From: Dehalococcoidia bacterium
GTDB taxonomy: Bacteria; Chloroflexota; Dehalococcoidia; UBA6926
Assembly: GCA_965204885.1 (NCBI GenBank)
Contig: OZ242019.1
Span: 1,331,734 to 1,395,733 of the forward strand
Length of the DNA: 64,000 nt
Direction of reading: 5' to 3'
Part shown: piece after piece, positions 1-10,577 of the stretch
Layout of the letters: every line of letters begins with the position of its first letter
Numbering within the stretch: the stretch's first letter is position 1
Position numbers and translations under genes: made by a program
Notes under the pieces: generated by a model
Seen by the model: only the letters and a program-made list of their open reading frames with translations
Told to the model about the DNA's origin: nothing
The model's database searches: none

Positions 1-164
1 CCCTCAGCGCACACGCCATTCTCGTCGTGCGCCTTGAACCGTGTCAGACGGCGCATGGCCTTCTTATACAGGCGGTGGGTGCGCTGCCGTTCGACGGTCA
101 CGACGACCGTCTTCTCCATCTTCGTGCTGACCACGCGGCCCACGCGTGTCTTCTGACCGGGCAT
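1..164 (-). CDS. rpsQ: 30S ribosomal protein S17 (N-terminal part; gene runs off the window start)
   Basis: Not in the ORF track because it is partial. Minus-strand ATG at 162-164 abuts the rpmC stop. Translation [48 protein letters not shown] matches the S17 signature. Position after L29 is as expected in the S10 operon. Confidence 0.9.
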   Translation of the reverse strand, partial: MPGQKTRVGRVVSTKMEKTVVVTVERQRTHRLYKKAMRRLTRFKAHDENGVCAE

Positions 165-380
165 CTACGCTGTCTCCTCCACCGCGAAGGCTTCCAACTG
201 CCGCTCACGGATCACGGTCTTGAAACGGGCGACGGTCTTGCGCGCCTTGCCAACCTCGCTGGTGTTAGCCAGCTGCCGTGTCATCGCGCGAAAGCGCAAA
301 TTGAACAGCTCACGATGCGCATTCTCCAACTCCTCCTGGAGCTGGTCATCATTCAACGCGCGTATCTCTTCCGTATCCAT
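165..380 (-). CDS. rpmC: 50S ribosomal protein L29
   Basis: 71 aa. ELFNLRFRAMTRQLANTSEVGKARKTVARFKTV is typical of L29. Operon order supports the call. Confidence 0.95.
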   Translation of the reverse strand: MDTEEIRALNDDQLQEELENAHRELFNLRFRAMTRQLANTSEVGKARKTVARFKTVIRERQLEAFAVEETA

Positions 381-386
381 CCTGGA

Positions 387-800
387 TTACTCCATATCAC
401 GAGTGACGATCTGCGTGCGGATGGGCAGCTTGTCCTGTGCAAGGCGCATTGCCCGTCGCGCCGCCTCTTCAGGAACCCCTGCGATTTCGAACAGGATCTT
501 GCCGGGGCGCACCACGGCCACCCAACTGTCCACGTTGCCCTTGCCGGACCCCATCCGTGTCTCCAGCGGCTTCTTCGTGATTGACTTATGCGGGAAAACG
601 CGAATCCAGATTTGGCCGCCGCGCCGGACGTGACGTGTCATCGCTCGCCGTGCTGCCTCAATCTGGCGGCCCGTGAGCCAGACCGGCTCCATCGACTGGA
701 TGCCGAACTCGCCGAACGCCACCGTATTGCCCTTCTGCGCCATCCCGCGCATCCGGCCCCGGTGTTGCTTGCGATATTTGACTCGTCGTGGTTGCAACAT
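387..800 (-). CDS. rplP: 50S ribosomal protein L16
   Basis: 137 aa. [19 protein letters not shown]...[25 protein letters not shown] is the L16 signature. Confidence 0.97.
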   Translation of the reverse strand: MLQPRRVKYRKQHRGRMRGMAQKGNTVAFGEFGIQSMEPVWLTGRQIEAARRAMTRHVRRGGQIWIRVFPHKSITKKPLETRMGSGKGNVDSWVAVVRPGKILFEIAGVPEEAARRAMRLAQDKLPIRTQIVTRDME

Positions 801-815
801 ATCGGTTAGTCCGAA

Positions 816-1697
816 CTACTCGTCGTCCTCGTCAGTGCTCGCCTCTTCGGCCTCGGTGGGTGCGCTGTCCTCAGCGGCCGGGGGTTCGGATTCTGCGGCG
901 GGAGTATCGCTCTCAGGGGCGGTCGCCTCGGCTTCCGAGGGAGTGTCGCTTTCGGGGGCTGTCGCCTCAGCAACGGCTGCCGCGCCATCCACCGCGCCGT
1001 CCGCTGAGGATGCCACCGGCGTGGACATCAGGGCGCTGCGCCGCGCCAGTTCCTCCGGCGTCGCCTCCGTCACGATATCTCCGCGATAGACCCAGACCTT
1101 GACGCCGATCTGCCCCATCTGCGTCCGCGCTTCCGCAGTGCCGAAGTCGATATCGGCGCGCAGCGTATGGAGCGGAACACGGCCGTCCATCGCTTTCTCC
1201 GTGCGCGCAATCTCCGCGCCGCCAAGCCGTCCCGAGACCGCGACGCGAATTCCCTGCGCCCCGGCTTGCATGGACCGCTGAACGGCCTGCCGTGTGGCGC
1301 GCCGGAACGAGACTTGCCGCTGTATCTGGTCCGCGATGCTCTGTGCAACCAGCGCTGCCTCAAGTTCCGGTTGACGGATCTCGTTGATGTCCACGCGGAC
1401 GCGCTTGCCGGTCAGATTCTCGAGCTCCTGGCGGAGTTCTTCAACACGCTGCCCGCCACGCCCAATCACCACACCCGGCCGCGCCGTGTGGATGAGCGCC
1501 CGCACTTCGCTCGCCTTTCGCTCAAGCTCCACGCGAGCAACGGCGGCGTCGCGGTGCTTATCGACGATATGATCTCGAATCTGCAGGTCTTCCAGTAGAT
1601 TCGTTCGGTACTGCTCCGCTCGATCCGCAAACCAGTGCGTCTGCCAATCACGGATGTACCCGAGGCGGAACCCAAACGGGTGAACCTTATGACCCAT
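816..1697 (-). CDS. rpsC: 30S ribosomal protein S3 with a long acidic C-terminal extension
   Basis: 293 aa. MGHKVHPFGFRLGYIRDWQ... gives the KH and S3_C regions. The last ~75 aa form a low-complexity Ala/Glu/Pro/Ser/Thr tail with a tandem 13-aa repeat. Confidence 0.96.
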   Translation of the reverse strand: MGHKVHPFGFRLGYIRDWQTHWFADRAEQYRTNLLEDLQIRDHIVDKHRDAAVARVELERKASEVRALIHTARPGVVIGRGGQRVEELRQELENLTGKRVRVDINEIRQPELEAALVAQSIADQIQRQVSFRRATRQAVQRSMQAGAQGIRVAVSGRLGGAEIARTEKAMDGRVPLHTLRADIDFGTAEARTQMGQIGVKVWVYRGDIVTEATPEELARRSALMSTPVASSADGAVDGAAAVAEATAPESDTPSEAEATAPESDTPAAESEPPAAEDSAPTEAEEASTDEDDE

Positions 1698-2038
1698 TAA
1701 CCGTTCTCCTCGTCATCCACGATGACCGTCAGATTGCTGTGCCTGCGAAAATGCTTGCCGGCCTGCCCACGTGCCCGGGGCTTGTATCGGCGCAGCGTCT
1801 CCGCCGGCCCAATATCCATGCGCACGATGCGCAGCATGCTCGGATCCAGGTCGTAATTGTTCTCCGCGTTCGCCGCCGCGGAGCGCACCACCTTTGCGAC
1901 TTCCTTCGCCCATGGGCTCGCCATGAACTGTAACTGTGTCAGCGCATCGTCCACATACATGCCGGGCAGCGTCTGCGTGATGACGTGCAGCTTTCGCACG
2001 GAGAGCGACATACGGCGTGCTCGCGCTGTTACTTGCAT
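1697..2038 (-). CDS. rplV: 50S ribosomal protein L22
   Basis: 113 aa, L22-like (ARRMSLSVRKLHVITQTL...RRYKPRARGQAGKHFRRHSNLTVIV). Its stop overlaps the rpsC start (TAATG). Confidence 0.95.
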   Translation of the reverse strand: MQVTARARRMSLSVRKLHVITQTLPGMYVDDALTQLQFMASPWAKEVAKVVRSAAANAENNYDLDPSMLRIVRMDIGPAETLRRYKPRARGQAGKHFRRHSNLTVIVDDEENG

Positions 2039-2053
2039 GGCGCCAACCCAGTC

Positions 2054-2332
2054 CTATCGCCTCGCCTGCCGTTCATTGCGAACGTGGCCGCGGAACGTGC
2101 GAGTTGGGGCGAACTCACCGAGCTTGTGCCCCACCATGTTCTCCGTGATGAACAGGGGAATATGTCGTCGACCGTCATGCACCGCCATGTTGAGCCCCAC
2201 CATCTCCGGCACGATGGTTGAAGCGCGCGACCACGTGCGGATCACCGCCCGCGAGTTCGTCTGCTGCGCGACGGTCACCTTGCGCAAGAGCTTGGGCTCT
2301 ATGTACGGTCCCTTCTTGACTGATCGAGACAT
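2054..2332 (-). CDS. rpsS: 30S ribosomal protein S19
   Basis: 92 aa. [16 protein letters not shown]...[32 protein letters not shown] is the S19 signature. Confidence 0.97.
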   Translation of the reverse strand: MSRSVKKGPYIEPKLLRKVTVAQQTNSRAVIRTWSRASTIVPEMVGLNMAVHDGRRHIPLFITENMVGHKLGEFAPTRTFRGHVRNERQARR

Positions 2333-2375
2333 CGTTCTTCAGCGTTCCTGTTCTTGTCCGTTCCTATTCAGATAC

Positions 2376-3224
2376 CTAGCGTCGCGAGCCTCTGCGCCCG
2401 CCGCGCCGACGGACGATGAACACGTCCGTCTTCTTGTTCCTGCGTGTCCGCTTGCCGAGTGTCGGCTTGCCCCACGGCGATTTCGGCCCCGGCATACCGA
2501 TGGGCGAGCGTCCCTCGCCGCCTCCATGCGGATGATCCCGCGGAGACATCGCAGAGCCGCGCACAGTCGGACGCCAGCCCTTGAGACGTTTTCTGCCCGC
2601 CTTGCCCCATGACAGGTTCTTATGGTCGGGGTTGCCGACCTGCCCGATGGTTGCGTAACAGGCGGAGAGCACACGCCGCAGCTCGCCCGAGGGCAGCCGG
2701 AGCAGCGTGTACTTGTCCTCATGCGCCATGACCTGCGCGCCGGTGCCCGCTCCGCGGACAAGCTGTCCGCCCTTGCCGAGATGAATCTCGATGTTGTGCA
2801 CCGTCGTGCCCGTCGGAATAACCCCCAGGGGAAGCGCGTTGCCGACTCGAATCTCAGCATCCGGGCCGGAGGAGATCACGTCGCCGCGCTGCAGGCCAAG
2901 AGGGGCGATGATATAGCGCTTTTCGCCGTCGTGATAGTGCAGCAGCGCGATTCGGGACGAGCGGTTCGGATCGTATTCGATTGTCTTTACGGACGCCGGA
3001 ACGCCATGCTTGTTGCGTTTGAAATCGATAACACGATAGGAACGCTTCACACCGCCGCCGCGATGGCGAACGGTAATGCGGCCGGAATGGTTGCGTCCCG
3101 CGTTGCTCTTCAGCGGCTGCAGCAGCGACTTCTCAGGCCGTACCTTGTCGATGTCGTCAAAAGCATCCAGCACCATGCCGCGGCGGCCGGGTGATGTGGG
3201 TTTGACTGTCTTGACTGCCATCAC
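2376..3224 (-). CDS. rplB: 50S ribosomal protein L2
   Basis: 282 aa. [15 protein letters not shown]...[15 protein letters not shown] is the L2 signature. The start may be the second Met (3221). Confidence 0.97.
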   Translation of the reverse strand: MMAVKTVKPTSPGRRGMVLDAFDDIDKVRPEKSLLQPLKSNAGRNHSGRITVRHRGGGVKRSYRVIDFKRNKHGVPASVKTIEYDPNRSSRIALLHYHDGEKRYIIAPLGLQRGDVISSGPDAEIRVGNALPLGVIPTGTTVHNIEIHLGKGGQLVRGAGTGAQVMAHEDKYTLLRLPSGELRRVLSACYATIGQVGNPDHKNLSWGKAGRKRLKGWRPTVRGSAMSPRDHPHGGGEGRSPIGMPGPKSPWGKPTLGKRTRRNKKTDVFIVRRRGGRRGSRR

Positions 3225-3231
3225 TCTGCCC

Positions 3232-3522
3232 CTATACGCCCTCGAAGACCTCGATACGCTCGCCTGCCTGCAGGGTCACGACGGCCTTTTTCCATGGCTT
3301 CGTCTGGTACGTCTTCAGCCCGGCGCGCCTGGTTTTGCCCTTGACGTTCATCACGTTCACGGCGGAAACGCGCACGCGGAACGCAATCTCAACCGCCTCC
3401 CGTATCTGCTTCTTGTTGGCCTTGCGATGCACCTCGAAGGCGTACTTGCTCTGGTCCTGGAGAGCCGTGTACTTCTCCGTGATCACGGGGCGGCGCAGAA
3501 CCTCCAGCGGATGCAGATCCAT
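3232..3522 (-). CDS. rplW: 50S ribosomal protein L23
   Basis: The track ORF 3232..3558 was trimmed to the internal ATG at 3520-3522 ([18 protein letters not shown]...), which sits 2 nt after the rplD stop. L23-like sequence. Confidence 0.93.
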   Translation of the reverse strand: MDLHPLEVLRRPVITEKYTALQDQSKYAFEVHRKANKKQIREAVEIAFRVRVSAVNVMNVKGKTRRAGLKTYQTKPWKKAVVTLQAGERIEVFEGV

Positions 3523-3524
3523 AA

Positions 3525-4169
3525 CTACCTCTCCGCCTTTCTGCCGCTCTTCGCCCACAATTCTTCCGCACTGCGGACCGCGTCCAGGGTGATGACCAGC
3601 TTGCGGTGCGCCAGCAAATCACCAATGTTCATATAGCGTGCCGGCAGCGTCTTGACCCGTGGCACGTTGTGCGCGGAACGAATCAGGTTCTCCTCGGGCT
3701 CCGCCGTCACCAACAGGGCAGGGGAGTTCACCTCGAGGCTCTGCAGCGCTGCCACCACGTCCTTCGTGCGCGGCCTCTCCAACCCAAAGCTGTCAATGAT
3801 GACCAGATCTCCGTCTGCCAGTTTGCTTGTCAGGACGCTGCGCAGCGCCTGCCGCCTCATGCGAACCGGGATATCCTGCCGGTAGCTGCGCGGCTTGGGC
3901 CCGAACGCGACGCCACCGTGCCGCCATAGTGGGGAACGGATGCTGCCCTGCCGCGAGCGGCCCGTGTACTTCTGCCGCCACGGCTTGCGCCCGCCGCCGC
4001 GTGCCTCACTTCGTGTCTTGGTGGAATGCGTTCCCTGCCGCGCGTTCGCGCGCTGCCGCACGAGCGCCTGGTGCACCAGGGCTTCATAGATCGGCGCATT
4101 GAAGAGCAGGTCGCTTACCTCGACGTGGTCAACGACCTGCCCGCTTGTATTCCGGACATCGACTTCCAT
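3525..4169 (-). CDS. rplD: 50S ribosomal protein L4
   Basis: The track ORF 3525..4364 was trimmed to the ATG at 4167-4169 (MEVDVRNTSGQVVDHVEV...), directly after the rplC stop at 4171. L4-like (RQGTHSTKTRSEARGGGRKPWRQKYTGRSRQGS). Confidence 0.94.
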   Translation of the reverse strand: MEVDVRNTSGQVVDHVEVSDLLFNAPIYEALVHQALVRQRANARQGTHSTKTRSEARGGGRKPWRQKYTGRSRQGSIRSPLWRHGGVAFGPKPRSYRQDIPVRMRRQALRSVLTSKLADGDLVIIDSFGLERPRTKDVVAALQSLEVNSPALLVTAEPEENLIRSAHNVPRVKTLPARYMNIGDLLAHRKLVITLDAVRSAEELWAKSGRKAER

Positions 4170-4170
4170 A

Positions 4171-4803
4171 TCAGCGGCTCGCCTTCTTGCGCACGAGGAC
4201 GATTCCGTCCGGTGCCCCGGGCGCGGAGCCGCGCACGAATACAAGGTTGCGCTCCGCGTCCACGGCCACAACGAGGCCGCTCTTCTGTGTCGTTCTCTTA
4301 TTGCCCATCTGGCCGGCCATCTTGAGTCCCTTGCGAACCCGGCCGGGAGTTGTGCCGGCGCCAACGGAGCCCGGCGCGCGCCATCGGTCGCCCTGTCCGT
4401 GCGTCTTTGGACCGCCGCGGAAATGCCAGCGCTTCACGCCGCCCGCGAAACCCTTGCCCTTGGATCGTGCTGTCAGATCAACCTGCTCTCCAACCTCAAA
4501 TACCTGGTCTGCCGTCACGACGGTTCCGACCTCGGGCATATCGCCCTGCGCCCGCACCTCTCTCAGGTGGCGCAATGGGCTGATGTCATTCCTGGAAAGG
4601 TGGCCGAGGCGCGGCCCGTTCAGCTTGCGTTCAGCGACAGCCTCGTAGCCGATCTGCACCGCGTCATAGCCGTCCGTCGCTGCCGTCTTGACCTGCGTCA
4701 CCGTACATGGCCCGACTTGGATGGCCGTCACGGCTGACACCGTTCCATCCTCATGGATGTATTGCGTCATGCCGAGCTTGGTTCCTAAGAGTGCGGAGAG
4801 CAT
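4171..4803 (-). CDS. rplC: 50S ribosomal protein L3
   Basis: 210 aa. LGTKLGMTQ...[28 protein letters not shown] is the L3 signature. Confidence 0.97.
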   Translation of the reverse strand: MLSALLGTKLGMTQYIHEDGTVSAVTAIQVGPCTVTQVKTAATDGYDAVQIGYEAVAERKLNGPRLGHLSRNDISPLRHLREVRAQGDMPEVGTVVTADQVFEVGEQVDLTARSKGKGFAGGVKRWHFRGGPKTHGQGDRWRAPGSVGAGTTPGRVRKGLKMAGQMGNKRTTQKSGLVVAVDAERNLVFVRGSAPGAPDGIVLVRKKASR

Positions 4804-4828
4804 TGTCGGAAATTACCTGGTGTGATCC

Positions 4829-5149
4829 CTATGAGCTGATTTCGATGTTGACGCCGGCCGGCAGGTCCAGGTGCGTCAGTGAATCAATGGTGCGTGATGT
4901 CGGGTCGAGAATATCGACGATTCGCTTGTGCGTCCGGATCTCGAACTGCTCGCGCGAGTCCTTATCGACGTGCGGGGAGCGAATTACGGTGAATCGCTTG
5001 ATGCGCGTTGGCAACGGAATCGGCCCGGACACCTGCGCGCCCGTTCCCTCCGCGGCCTCCACGATTTGCACGGCAGACGCATCCAGCAGGCGGTGGTCAA
5101 ACGCCTTCAGCGTGATGCGTATCTTCTGTCGCTGCCGTACGGTCGTCAT
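4829..5149 (-). CDS. rpsJ: 30S ribosomal protein S10
   Basis: 106 aa. [15 protein letters not shown]...[35 protein letters not shown] is the S10 signature. Confidence 0.97.
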   Translation of the reverse strand: MTTVRQRQKIRITLKAFDHRLLDASAVQIVEAAEGTGAQVSGPIPLPTRIKRFTVIRSPHVDKDSREQFEIRTHKRIVDILDPTSRTIDSLTHLDLPAGVNIEISS

Positions 5150-5170
5150 TACTCTGTCCTGTTGTCCCGC

Positions 5171-7261
5171 TTATCGCGCCCCGACGCTTGCCGGTCGCCG
5201 GGTCAGCGTCTCCACCACGTTTTGCGGGACGTGGTTGTAGTGATCGAACTCCATGCTGTAGCTTGCGCGTCCCTGCGTGGCGGAGCGCAGAGATGTAGCA
5301 TACCCGAACATCTCCGCGAGGGGAACGAATGCCGTCACGATTCCAAGGTCGCCACGGCTCTCCATCCCCTGAACCTGCGCCCGTCGGCTCTGCAGATCGC
5401 CCATCACGTCACCAATTGACGCCGCCGGTCCAACCACTTCAACCTTCATGATCGGCTCAAGGGCTACGGGCCGTGCTCGCTCGATCGCGGACTTGAATCC
5501 CATTGATCCCGCCATCTTGAACGCCATCTCGGACGAGTCCACCTCGTGGAAAGAGCCGTCATCGATAGTGATGCGGAGATCAACAATTGGGAAGCCAGTC
5601 AGCTGACCGTTCTGCGCCGCTTCCCGAGCACCCTGCTCAACGGCGGGAATGTACTCGCGCGGCACTGCGCCGCCGACGATCTTGTTCACAAACTCGATGC
5701 CGCTCCCGGGTTCCAGGGGCTCAACCTCAAGCCAGACGTGACCGTACTGCCCGCGCCCGCCGGTCTGCCGCACGTAGCGCCCCTCCGCCCGCGCCGTCCG
5801 CGTTATGGTCTCGCGGTACGCCACCTGCGGGCGGCCTGTTCGCGCGTCCACACGGAACTCTCGCTTGAGGCGGTCGACGATGACCTCGATATGAAGCTCG
5901 CCCATGCCGGAGATAACGGTCTGTCCTGTTTCCAAGTCATGTGAGGATCGGAACGTTGGGTCCTCCTGCCCCAGCTTCACCAGGGCATCCACCAGCTTCT
6001 CCTCCTCCTCACGCGTCTTCGGCTCAATGGCCACCGACACAACGGGCTCCGGGAAGCGAATGGATTCGAGAATGACCGGGCTGTTCACGGCGCTGATCGT
6101 ATCGCCGGTGAACGTGTCCTTGAGTCCGACGGCAGCGACAATGTTCCCTGCCGCTGCCTCCTCAAGCTCCTCACGATGATTCGAATGCATCTGGATCAGG
6201 CGGCCAAGGCGCTCGCGTCCCTGCCTGCTGGTGTTGAGAACCGTCGATCCCGCCTTGCACGTGCCTGAGTACACCCGAAGATACACCAGCCGTCCCGCGA
6301 AGGGGTCTGTAACCACCTTGAATGCGAGGGCGGAGAACGGCTCGGAGGGGTCCGGCGCGCGCTCCATGACAACGTTCTCGTCGCGCGGGTCTGTTCCCTG
6401 TACGGGCGGCACGTCCAGCGGGGAGGGCAGATACTCGGTGATGGCGTCGATGAGCGGCTGCACACCCTTGTTGCGGAGCGCCGTGCCGCAGAACACCGGA
6501 TAGATGGCCATCTTGACCGTTCCGGCGCGAAGTCCGCGACGGATCTCGTCCTCGGTTAACTCTTCGCCTTCGAGGTACTTGACCATCAACTCGTCGTCCT
6601 GCTCTGCAGCGCGTTCAATCATCGCATCGCGGTAACGCGCCGCATCCTCGACCAACTCGTCCGGAATCGGCTGCTCCACCATCGTGGCGCCGTCGGCGTC
6701 CTCCCAGGTGATGGCGACTTGCCGAATCAGGTCGATGACGCCACGGAAATCGTCTTCCTTGCCCCACGGAATCTGGACCGGGACGGGGATGGCGTTCAAG
6801 CGGACGTGAATTGAATCGACCGACGCAAAGAAGTCCGCGCCGATCTTGTCCATCTTGTTGACAAAGACGACTCGCGGCACGTGGTACCTGTCCGCCTGCC
6901 GCCATACAGTTTCAGACTGCGGCTCGACACCCGCGTTGGCGTCGAGAATAACGACTCCACCATCAAGAACGCGGAGGCTGCGCTCAACCTCCGCGGTGAA
7001 ATCGACGTGTCCGGGCGTGTCGATAATGTTGACCGTAAAGCCCTTCCAGTCCACGGTCGTTGCTGCGGACACAATGGTAATACCGCGTTCTTTTTCCTGC
7101 GGCATCCAGTCCATGACGGCCGTGCCCTCATCCACGGTGCCCAGCTTGTACGTCCGGCCAGTGAAATACAGCACGCGTTCGGACACCGTTGTCTTGCCGG
7201 CGTCGATATGCGCGATAAAGCCGATATTTCGGATCTTTGAGAGTGGTAAGTCGGTGGCCAT
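5171..7261 (-). CDS. fusA: Elongation factor G
   Basis: [10 protein letters not shown]1 motif, [12 protein letters not shown] and EF-G domains IV/V are recognisable. The start was trimmed to ATG 7259-7261 ([14 protein letters not shown]), which has AGGGGA 8 nt upstream. Confidence 0.96.
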   Translation of the reverse strand: MATDLPLSKIRNIGFIAHIDAGKTTVSERVLYFTGRTYKLGTVDEGTAVMDWMPQEKERGITIVSAATTVDWKGFTVNIIDTPGHVDFTAEVERSLRVLDGGVVILDANAGVEPQSETVWRQADRYHVPRVVFVNKMDKIGADFFASVDSIHVRLNAIPVPVQIPWGKEDDFRGVIDLIRQVAITWEDADGATMVEQPIPDELVEDAARYRDAMIERAAEQDDELMVKYLEGEELTEDEIRRGLRAGTVKMAIYPVFCGTALRNKGVQPLIDAITEYLPSPLDVPPVQGTDPRDENVVMERAPDPSEPFSALAFKVVTDPFAGRLVYLRVYSGTCKAGSTVLNTSRQGRERLGRLIQMHSNHREELEEAAAGNIVAAVGLKDTFTGDTISAVNSPVILESIRFPEPVVSVAIEPKTREEEEKLVDALVKLGQEDPTFRSSHDLETGQTVISGMGELHIEVIVDRLKREFRVDARTGRPQVAYRETITRTARAEGRYVRQTGGRGQYGHVWLEVEPLEPGSGIEFVNKIVGGAVPREYIPAVEQGAREAAQNGQLTGFPIVDLRITIDDGSFHEVDSSEMAFKMAGSMGFKSAIERARPVALEPIMKVEVVGPAASIGDVMGDLQSRRAQVQGMESRGDLGIVTAFVPLAEMFGYATSLRSATQGRASYSMEFDHYNHVPQNVVETLTRRPASVGAR

Positions 7262-7295
7262 TACTGTTTTCCCCTGCGCTATCAGATAGTCCGCT

Positions 7296-7763
7296 TCACC
7301 AACGGTAGTGCGCAAAGGCTCGGTTGGCCTCAGCCATACGGTGCATCTCTTCGCGGCGGCGAACCGCGTTGCCCTGGCCCTGCGCCGCCTCCATGATCTC
7401 CGTCGTCAGCTTGTCGAGCATCGGTCGCCCCGTTCGCTGACGGGCGGAATCAATGATCCACCGCATGGAGAGCGTCAATCCGCGTTCTCCACGCACTTCA
7501 ACGGGCACCTGGTACGTTGCGCCGCCCACGCGCCGGGGCCGAACCTGCAGCAACGGCGTCGCATTCCGTATCGCCCGTTCGAAAGTCTCAATGGGGTCAT
7601 CCCCGTTTGAAGCAATATTGGCCAGCGCGCCGTAGACGATGCTCCGGGCCGTGTTCTTCTTGCCGCGTTGCATCACGCGGTTGGTGAATCGAGTCACCAA
7701 CACGCTTCCGTAGCGCGGATCGGGAAGAATGGGGCGCTTGATCGCCCGTCGACGTCGTGACAT
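7296..7763 (-). CDS. rpsG: 30S ribosomal protein S7
   Basis: Trimmed to [20 protein letters not shown]... (ATG 7761-7763), 4 nt after the rpsL stop. S7 signature. Confidence 0.96.
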   Translation of the reverse strand: MSRRRRAIKRPILPDPRYGSVLVTRFTNRVMQRGKKNTARSIVYGALANIASNGDDPIETFERAIRNATPLLQVRPRRVGGATYQVPVEVRGERGLTLSMRWIIDSARQRTGRPMLDKLTTEIMEAAQGQGNAVRRREEMHRMAEANRAFAHYRW

Positions 7764-7767
7764 GGCG

Positions 7768-8178
7768 TTAGTTTCTCTTGGCTCCGTACTTGCTGCGGCC
7801 CCGCTTGCGGCCATTCACGCCGCCAGAGTCCAATGCGCCGCGGATGATGTGATAGCGGACGCCCGGAAGGTCCTTCACCCGGCCGCCACGGATGAGCACC
7901 GTGGAGTGTTCCTGCAGGTTGTGTCCTTCGCCGGGGATATACGCCGTCACCTCGGTCCCGTTCGTCAGCCTTACACGGGCGATTTTGCGCAGCGCGGAGT
8001 TGGGCTTCTTGGGTGTCATCGTCCGGACCTGTGTGCAGACCCCCCGCTTCTGAGGCGAAGGCTGATTCCGCACAACCCTGTTTGTGAGCGCGTTGTAGCT
8101 CACCTGCAGGGCGGGCGCCTTTGACTTCGTCCGAGGTCGCTTTCGACCCTTCCGTACCAACTGATTGACTGTCGGCAT
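7768..8178 (-). CDS. rpsL: 30S ribosomal protein S12
   Basis: Trimmed to [24 protein letters not shown]... (ATG 8176-8178). S12 signature, including [10 protein letters not shown]. Confidence 0.97.
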   Translation of the reverse strand: MPTVNQLVRKGRKRPRTKSKAPALQVSYNALTNRVVRNQPSPQKRGVCTQVRTMTPKKPNSALRKIARVRLTNGTEVTAYIPGEGHNLQEHSTVLIRGGRVKDLPGVRYHIIRGALDSGGVNGRKRGRSKYGAKRN

Positions 8179-8372
8179 CCCGTTACGTTCCTCTTGTTCA
8201 TGCCCGCCGCGCACGCGCGCGGGCAGCCGCATTTCTCTGCTTCTCTTGGCTTCGTATGCCCAGTCCCACGTCCGTGACAGGCAAGGATTGAGACTGCTCT
8301 TACTATCCGTGTCGCCAAACACGAAAAACAGGCACAAGTACCCTGCGTCCCACATAGGGGGCGCGACTTCAA

Positions 8373-8401
8373 ATTGTAGGTAGGAACGGAATCACTGTCA
8401 A
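8373..8401 (-). promoter_or_regulatory. Sigma-70-type promoter of the str/S10 operon
   Basis: The minus strand reads TTGACA (8396-8401), a 17-nt spacer, then TACAAT (8373-8378). This predicts a 5' UTR of about 190 nt before the rpsL ATG. Confidence 0.7.
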
Positions 8402-8413
8402 CAAAGCTGAATG

Positions 8414-8920
8414 CTACCTATTTTCACGTAACGACTCGTACCGCCCTTCGTAGTGCAGCAACGGCCGATTAGCGCGTGGATTCACGTCCGCCGCAACGAC
8501 AGTGCCAACGTATATCGTGTGATCCCCCGCCTCGACGGTGTTCTCAACACGACATTCCACATGAGCCAGGCTGTCCTCCAAAAGTGGCGCGCCCGTTTCA
8601 CCGTTTCGATGGGGCAGGTTCTCCAGCCGGTGGGCCGCCTGCTGTTCGGGCGTGCCCTTGTGGGACAACTCAATCGCCAAATCTGCCTGCCCCTCGTGCA
8701 ACACATTGATGGCAAAAACACCGCTCTCACGGATGAGCGCGTGAATATCTGATTCATGGTCGACACAGACAAGAACGAGCTGTGGCTGCAACGACACGGA
8801 ACAGACTGCGCTCATCGTTGTGCCGTGCACATCATCGCCTGCGCGAGTCGTGACGATAGTAACGCCTGTGGCGAGCCGACCCATCACGCGGCGAAACTCG
8901 TCTGGGGTGATGTCCGGCAT
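8414..8920 (-). CDS. Flavin reductase family protein (HpaC/RutF-like)
   Basis: 168 aa. FRRVMGRLATGVTIVTT...GTTMSAVCSVSLQPQLVLVCV is typical of the flavin_reduct domain. Confidence 0.8.
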   Translation of the reverse strand: MPDITPDEFRRVMGRLATGVTIVTTRAGDDVHGTTMSAVCSVSLQPQLVLVCVDHESDIHALIRESGVFAINVLHEGQADLAIELSHKGTPEQQAAHRLENLPHRNGETGAPLLEDSLAHVECRVENTVEAGDHTIYVGTVVAADVNPRANRPLLHYEGRYESLRENR

Positions 8921-8954
8921 CGGAAAGCTCTCCGTCCGGCCGCTCGGCGTGGCG

Positions 8955-9806
8955 CTAGTCGCGTACGGCCACGATTTCGAGCCAATTGCGGGGAACGAAA
9001 GACAGCTCCATGTCGCGGAAAGTCTCGCGAATGGTCGCGCGCAGCACCTCGCTCGCCGTTTCTATCTGCACGCCTGGCAACGCTCCTTCGACGAAGTCTG
9101 AGAATGAACAGATGGAAAGCCACCCCTCAATCGGCACCTCAATCGGAATAACGCGCTCATCCCGGATGCTGAAACCCGCGTCCGTCAGCAATGCCTTGTA
9201 TTCCTCCAACGTCAACTGCTGCCGCGCCATCACCTTGTTCTTCACAGGGCTCAAACCGTGTTCCGACTTGAGCAGACGCAGCGAGCGCATCATCCACCGG
9301 CGGTAGAACGGTTCTGTGCCTTCCACGATAGAACCCGAATAGAAGGTGCTGTTGAACGCGAACAGGCCGCCGGGTTTAAGCGCGCCCATAATTCCTTCAA
9401 GCACGTCCGGCTTGTTGTCCACCAGGTGAATTGCGTTGCAGAAAACCACGGAATCAACCGGCTCCGAGATGATATTCGAAAGGTCTTCGGCGCGGGAATT
9501 CTCAAAGGAGACCTCAGCGTCCGTCACGTCCGTGAACTGCCGCCGCGCCTCTTCGAGCGTGTCCGGAGACATATCAACGCCCAGGATCCATGCGCCGTCT
9601 CCGCGCACCTTGTCCAGGATTTTCCGTGTGATCTCACCCGGGCCGCACGCAAGGTCAATGACGCGATTCCCGGTCTGCAAGCCGATGAGATCAACCAGCC
9701 GGCTGTTCTCTTCCTGGTAGAAGGGCTGCCGGGCGAATGCGTTAAATGAATAGTCCTCAGCGCCGGCCGTGGCGGAAGATGTGGATTGCGAGTGAGTCAT
9801 GGTCAT
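8955..9806 (-). CDS. Class I SAM-dependent methyltransferase
   Basis: 283 aa. Motif I is VIDLACGPGEIT and the post-I acidic residue is LGVDMS. Substrate cannot be inferred. Confidence 0.8.
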   Translation of the reverse strand: MTMTHSQSTSSATAGAEDYSFNAFARQPFYQEENSRLVDLIGLQTGNRVIDLACGPGEITRKILDKVRGDGAWILGVDMSPDTLEEARRQFTDVTDAEVSFENSRAEDLSNIISEPVDSVVFCNAIHLVDNKPDVLEGIMGALKPGGLFAFNSTFYSGSIVEGTEPFYRRWMMRSLRLLKSEHGLSPVKNKVMARQQLTLEEYKALLTDAGFSIRDERVIPIEVPIEGWLSICSFSDFVEGALPGVQIETASEVLRATIRETFRDMELSFVPRNWLEIVAVRD

Positions 9807-9829
9807 TCGTCTCAGGCCATGAACTCACG

Positions 9830-10003
9830 CTAATTGCGTCGGCGCCGCGCCTTGCGGGCCTTCAAGCGGGCTCGTTCCTGCTTGGAGATGAAGTGACGCT
9901 TCTCCTTTGCCTGCCTCAGGATGCCTGAACGTTCAACCACGGAACGGAACCGTTTGATCAACTGCTCCTGGCTCTCACCCTCACGCAGGACTACATACGT
10001 CAT
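9830..10003 (-). CDS. rpsU: 30S ribosomal protein S21
   Basis: 57 aa, below the ORF-track cutoff. My translation is MTYVVLREGESQEQLIKRFRSVVERSGILRQAKEKRHFISKQERARLKARKARRRRN. GGAGGGA lies upstream of the ATG at 10001-10003. Confidence 0.85.
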   Translation of the reverse strand: MTYVVLREGESQEQLIKRFRSVVERSGILRQAKEKRHFISKQERARLKARKARRRRN

Positions 10004-10146
10004 TCGCCACGTCCCTCCGTTTCAATCCTCAATACGTTCTTGTCGCCCACACTATTGGCGGGAGTGATGCCGCGCCCCGCGCGGCCACCCGTCCATTAAT
10101 AGCACAGTCTCAATAAGAAACGGGACAGAACGGCTGGCCGGCGAGC

Positions 10147-10491
10147 TCAGTCGCGGAAGCGGCCTGGCGGCGAGTTCCGTTGTCGAGTGAAGCACGTGGC
10201 GCAATAAACGGGCCGAATGCCGCGGGGCTCGAACGGCACTTCGGTCTCACGCCCGCATTCCGCGCATGTCGCCGGATACATCTGCCGTCGTGGCCGGTCC
10301 TGCTCCACCGGCACCGCATCGCGTGTCTCCCGTCGCCGCGCCATGTCCGCGCGGCGTACAACACGGCAGGCATGGCACCTCTTTGGCTCGTTCCGAAAGC
10401 CTCGATCCGAATAGTATTGCTGTTCTCCAGCGGTAAAGACGTAATCGTTCCCGCATTCGGAGCACGTCAGCGTGCGGTCGCTGAACGTCAT
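10147..10491 (-). CDS. Zinc-ribbon protein with two CxxC...CxxC modules (CxxC-x17-CxxC type C-terminus)
   Basis: 114 aa. It contains CSECG...CHAC and CAECG...(17 aa)...CATC. This resembles widespread small zinc-ribbon proteins of unknown function. Confidence 0.65.
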   Translation of the reverse strand: MTFSDRTLTCSECGNDYVFTAGEQQYYSDRGFRNEPKRCHACRVVRRADMARRRETRDAVPVEQDRPRRQMYPATCAECGRETEVPFEPRGIRPVYCATCFTRQRNSPPGRFRD

Positions 10492-10538
10492 GACGGTCTA
10501 CCCCCACTCCCCCTTGGCGCCAGTCAGGCACCGCGTGG

Positions 10539-10547
10539 ACTATAGCA
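10539..10547 (-). promoter_or_regulatory. Possible extended -10 element (TGcTATAGT) upstream of the zinc-ribbon gene
   Basis: The minus strand reads TGCTATAGT about 45 nt upstream of the ATG at 10491. The -35 is weak. Confidence 0.35.
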
Positions 10548-10577
10548 CAAGTCCACTCTGGACATAACACCCCATAT

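Noticed and set aside
3523-4364. Long N-terminal extensions of track ORFs for rplD, rplW, rpsL, rpsG, fusA, fabG, the NUDIX gene, DUF362 and others
   Set aside because: The extensions overlap the upstream genes and are Arg/Pro/Ala-rich. Internal ATGs give canonical N-termini with proper spacing and RBS, so I trimmed to those.
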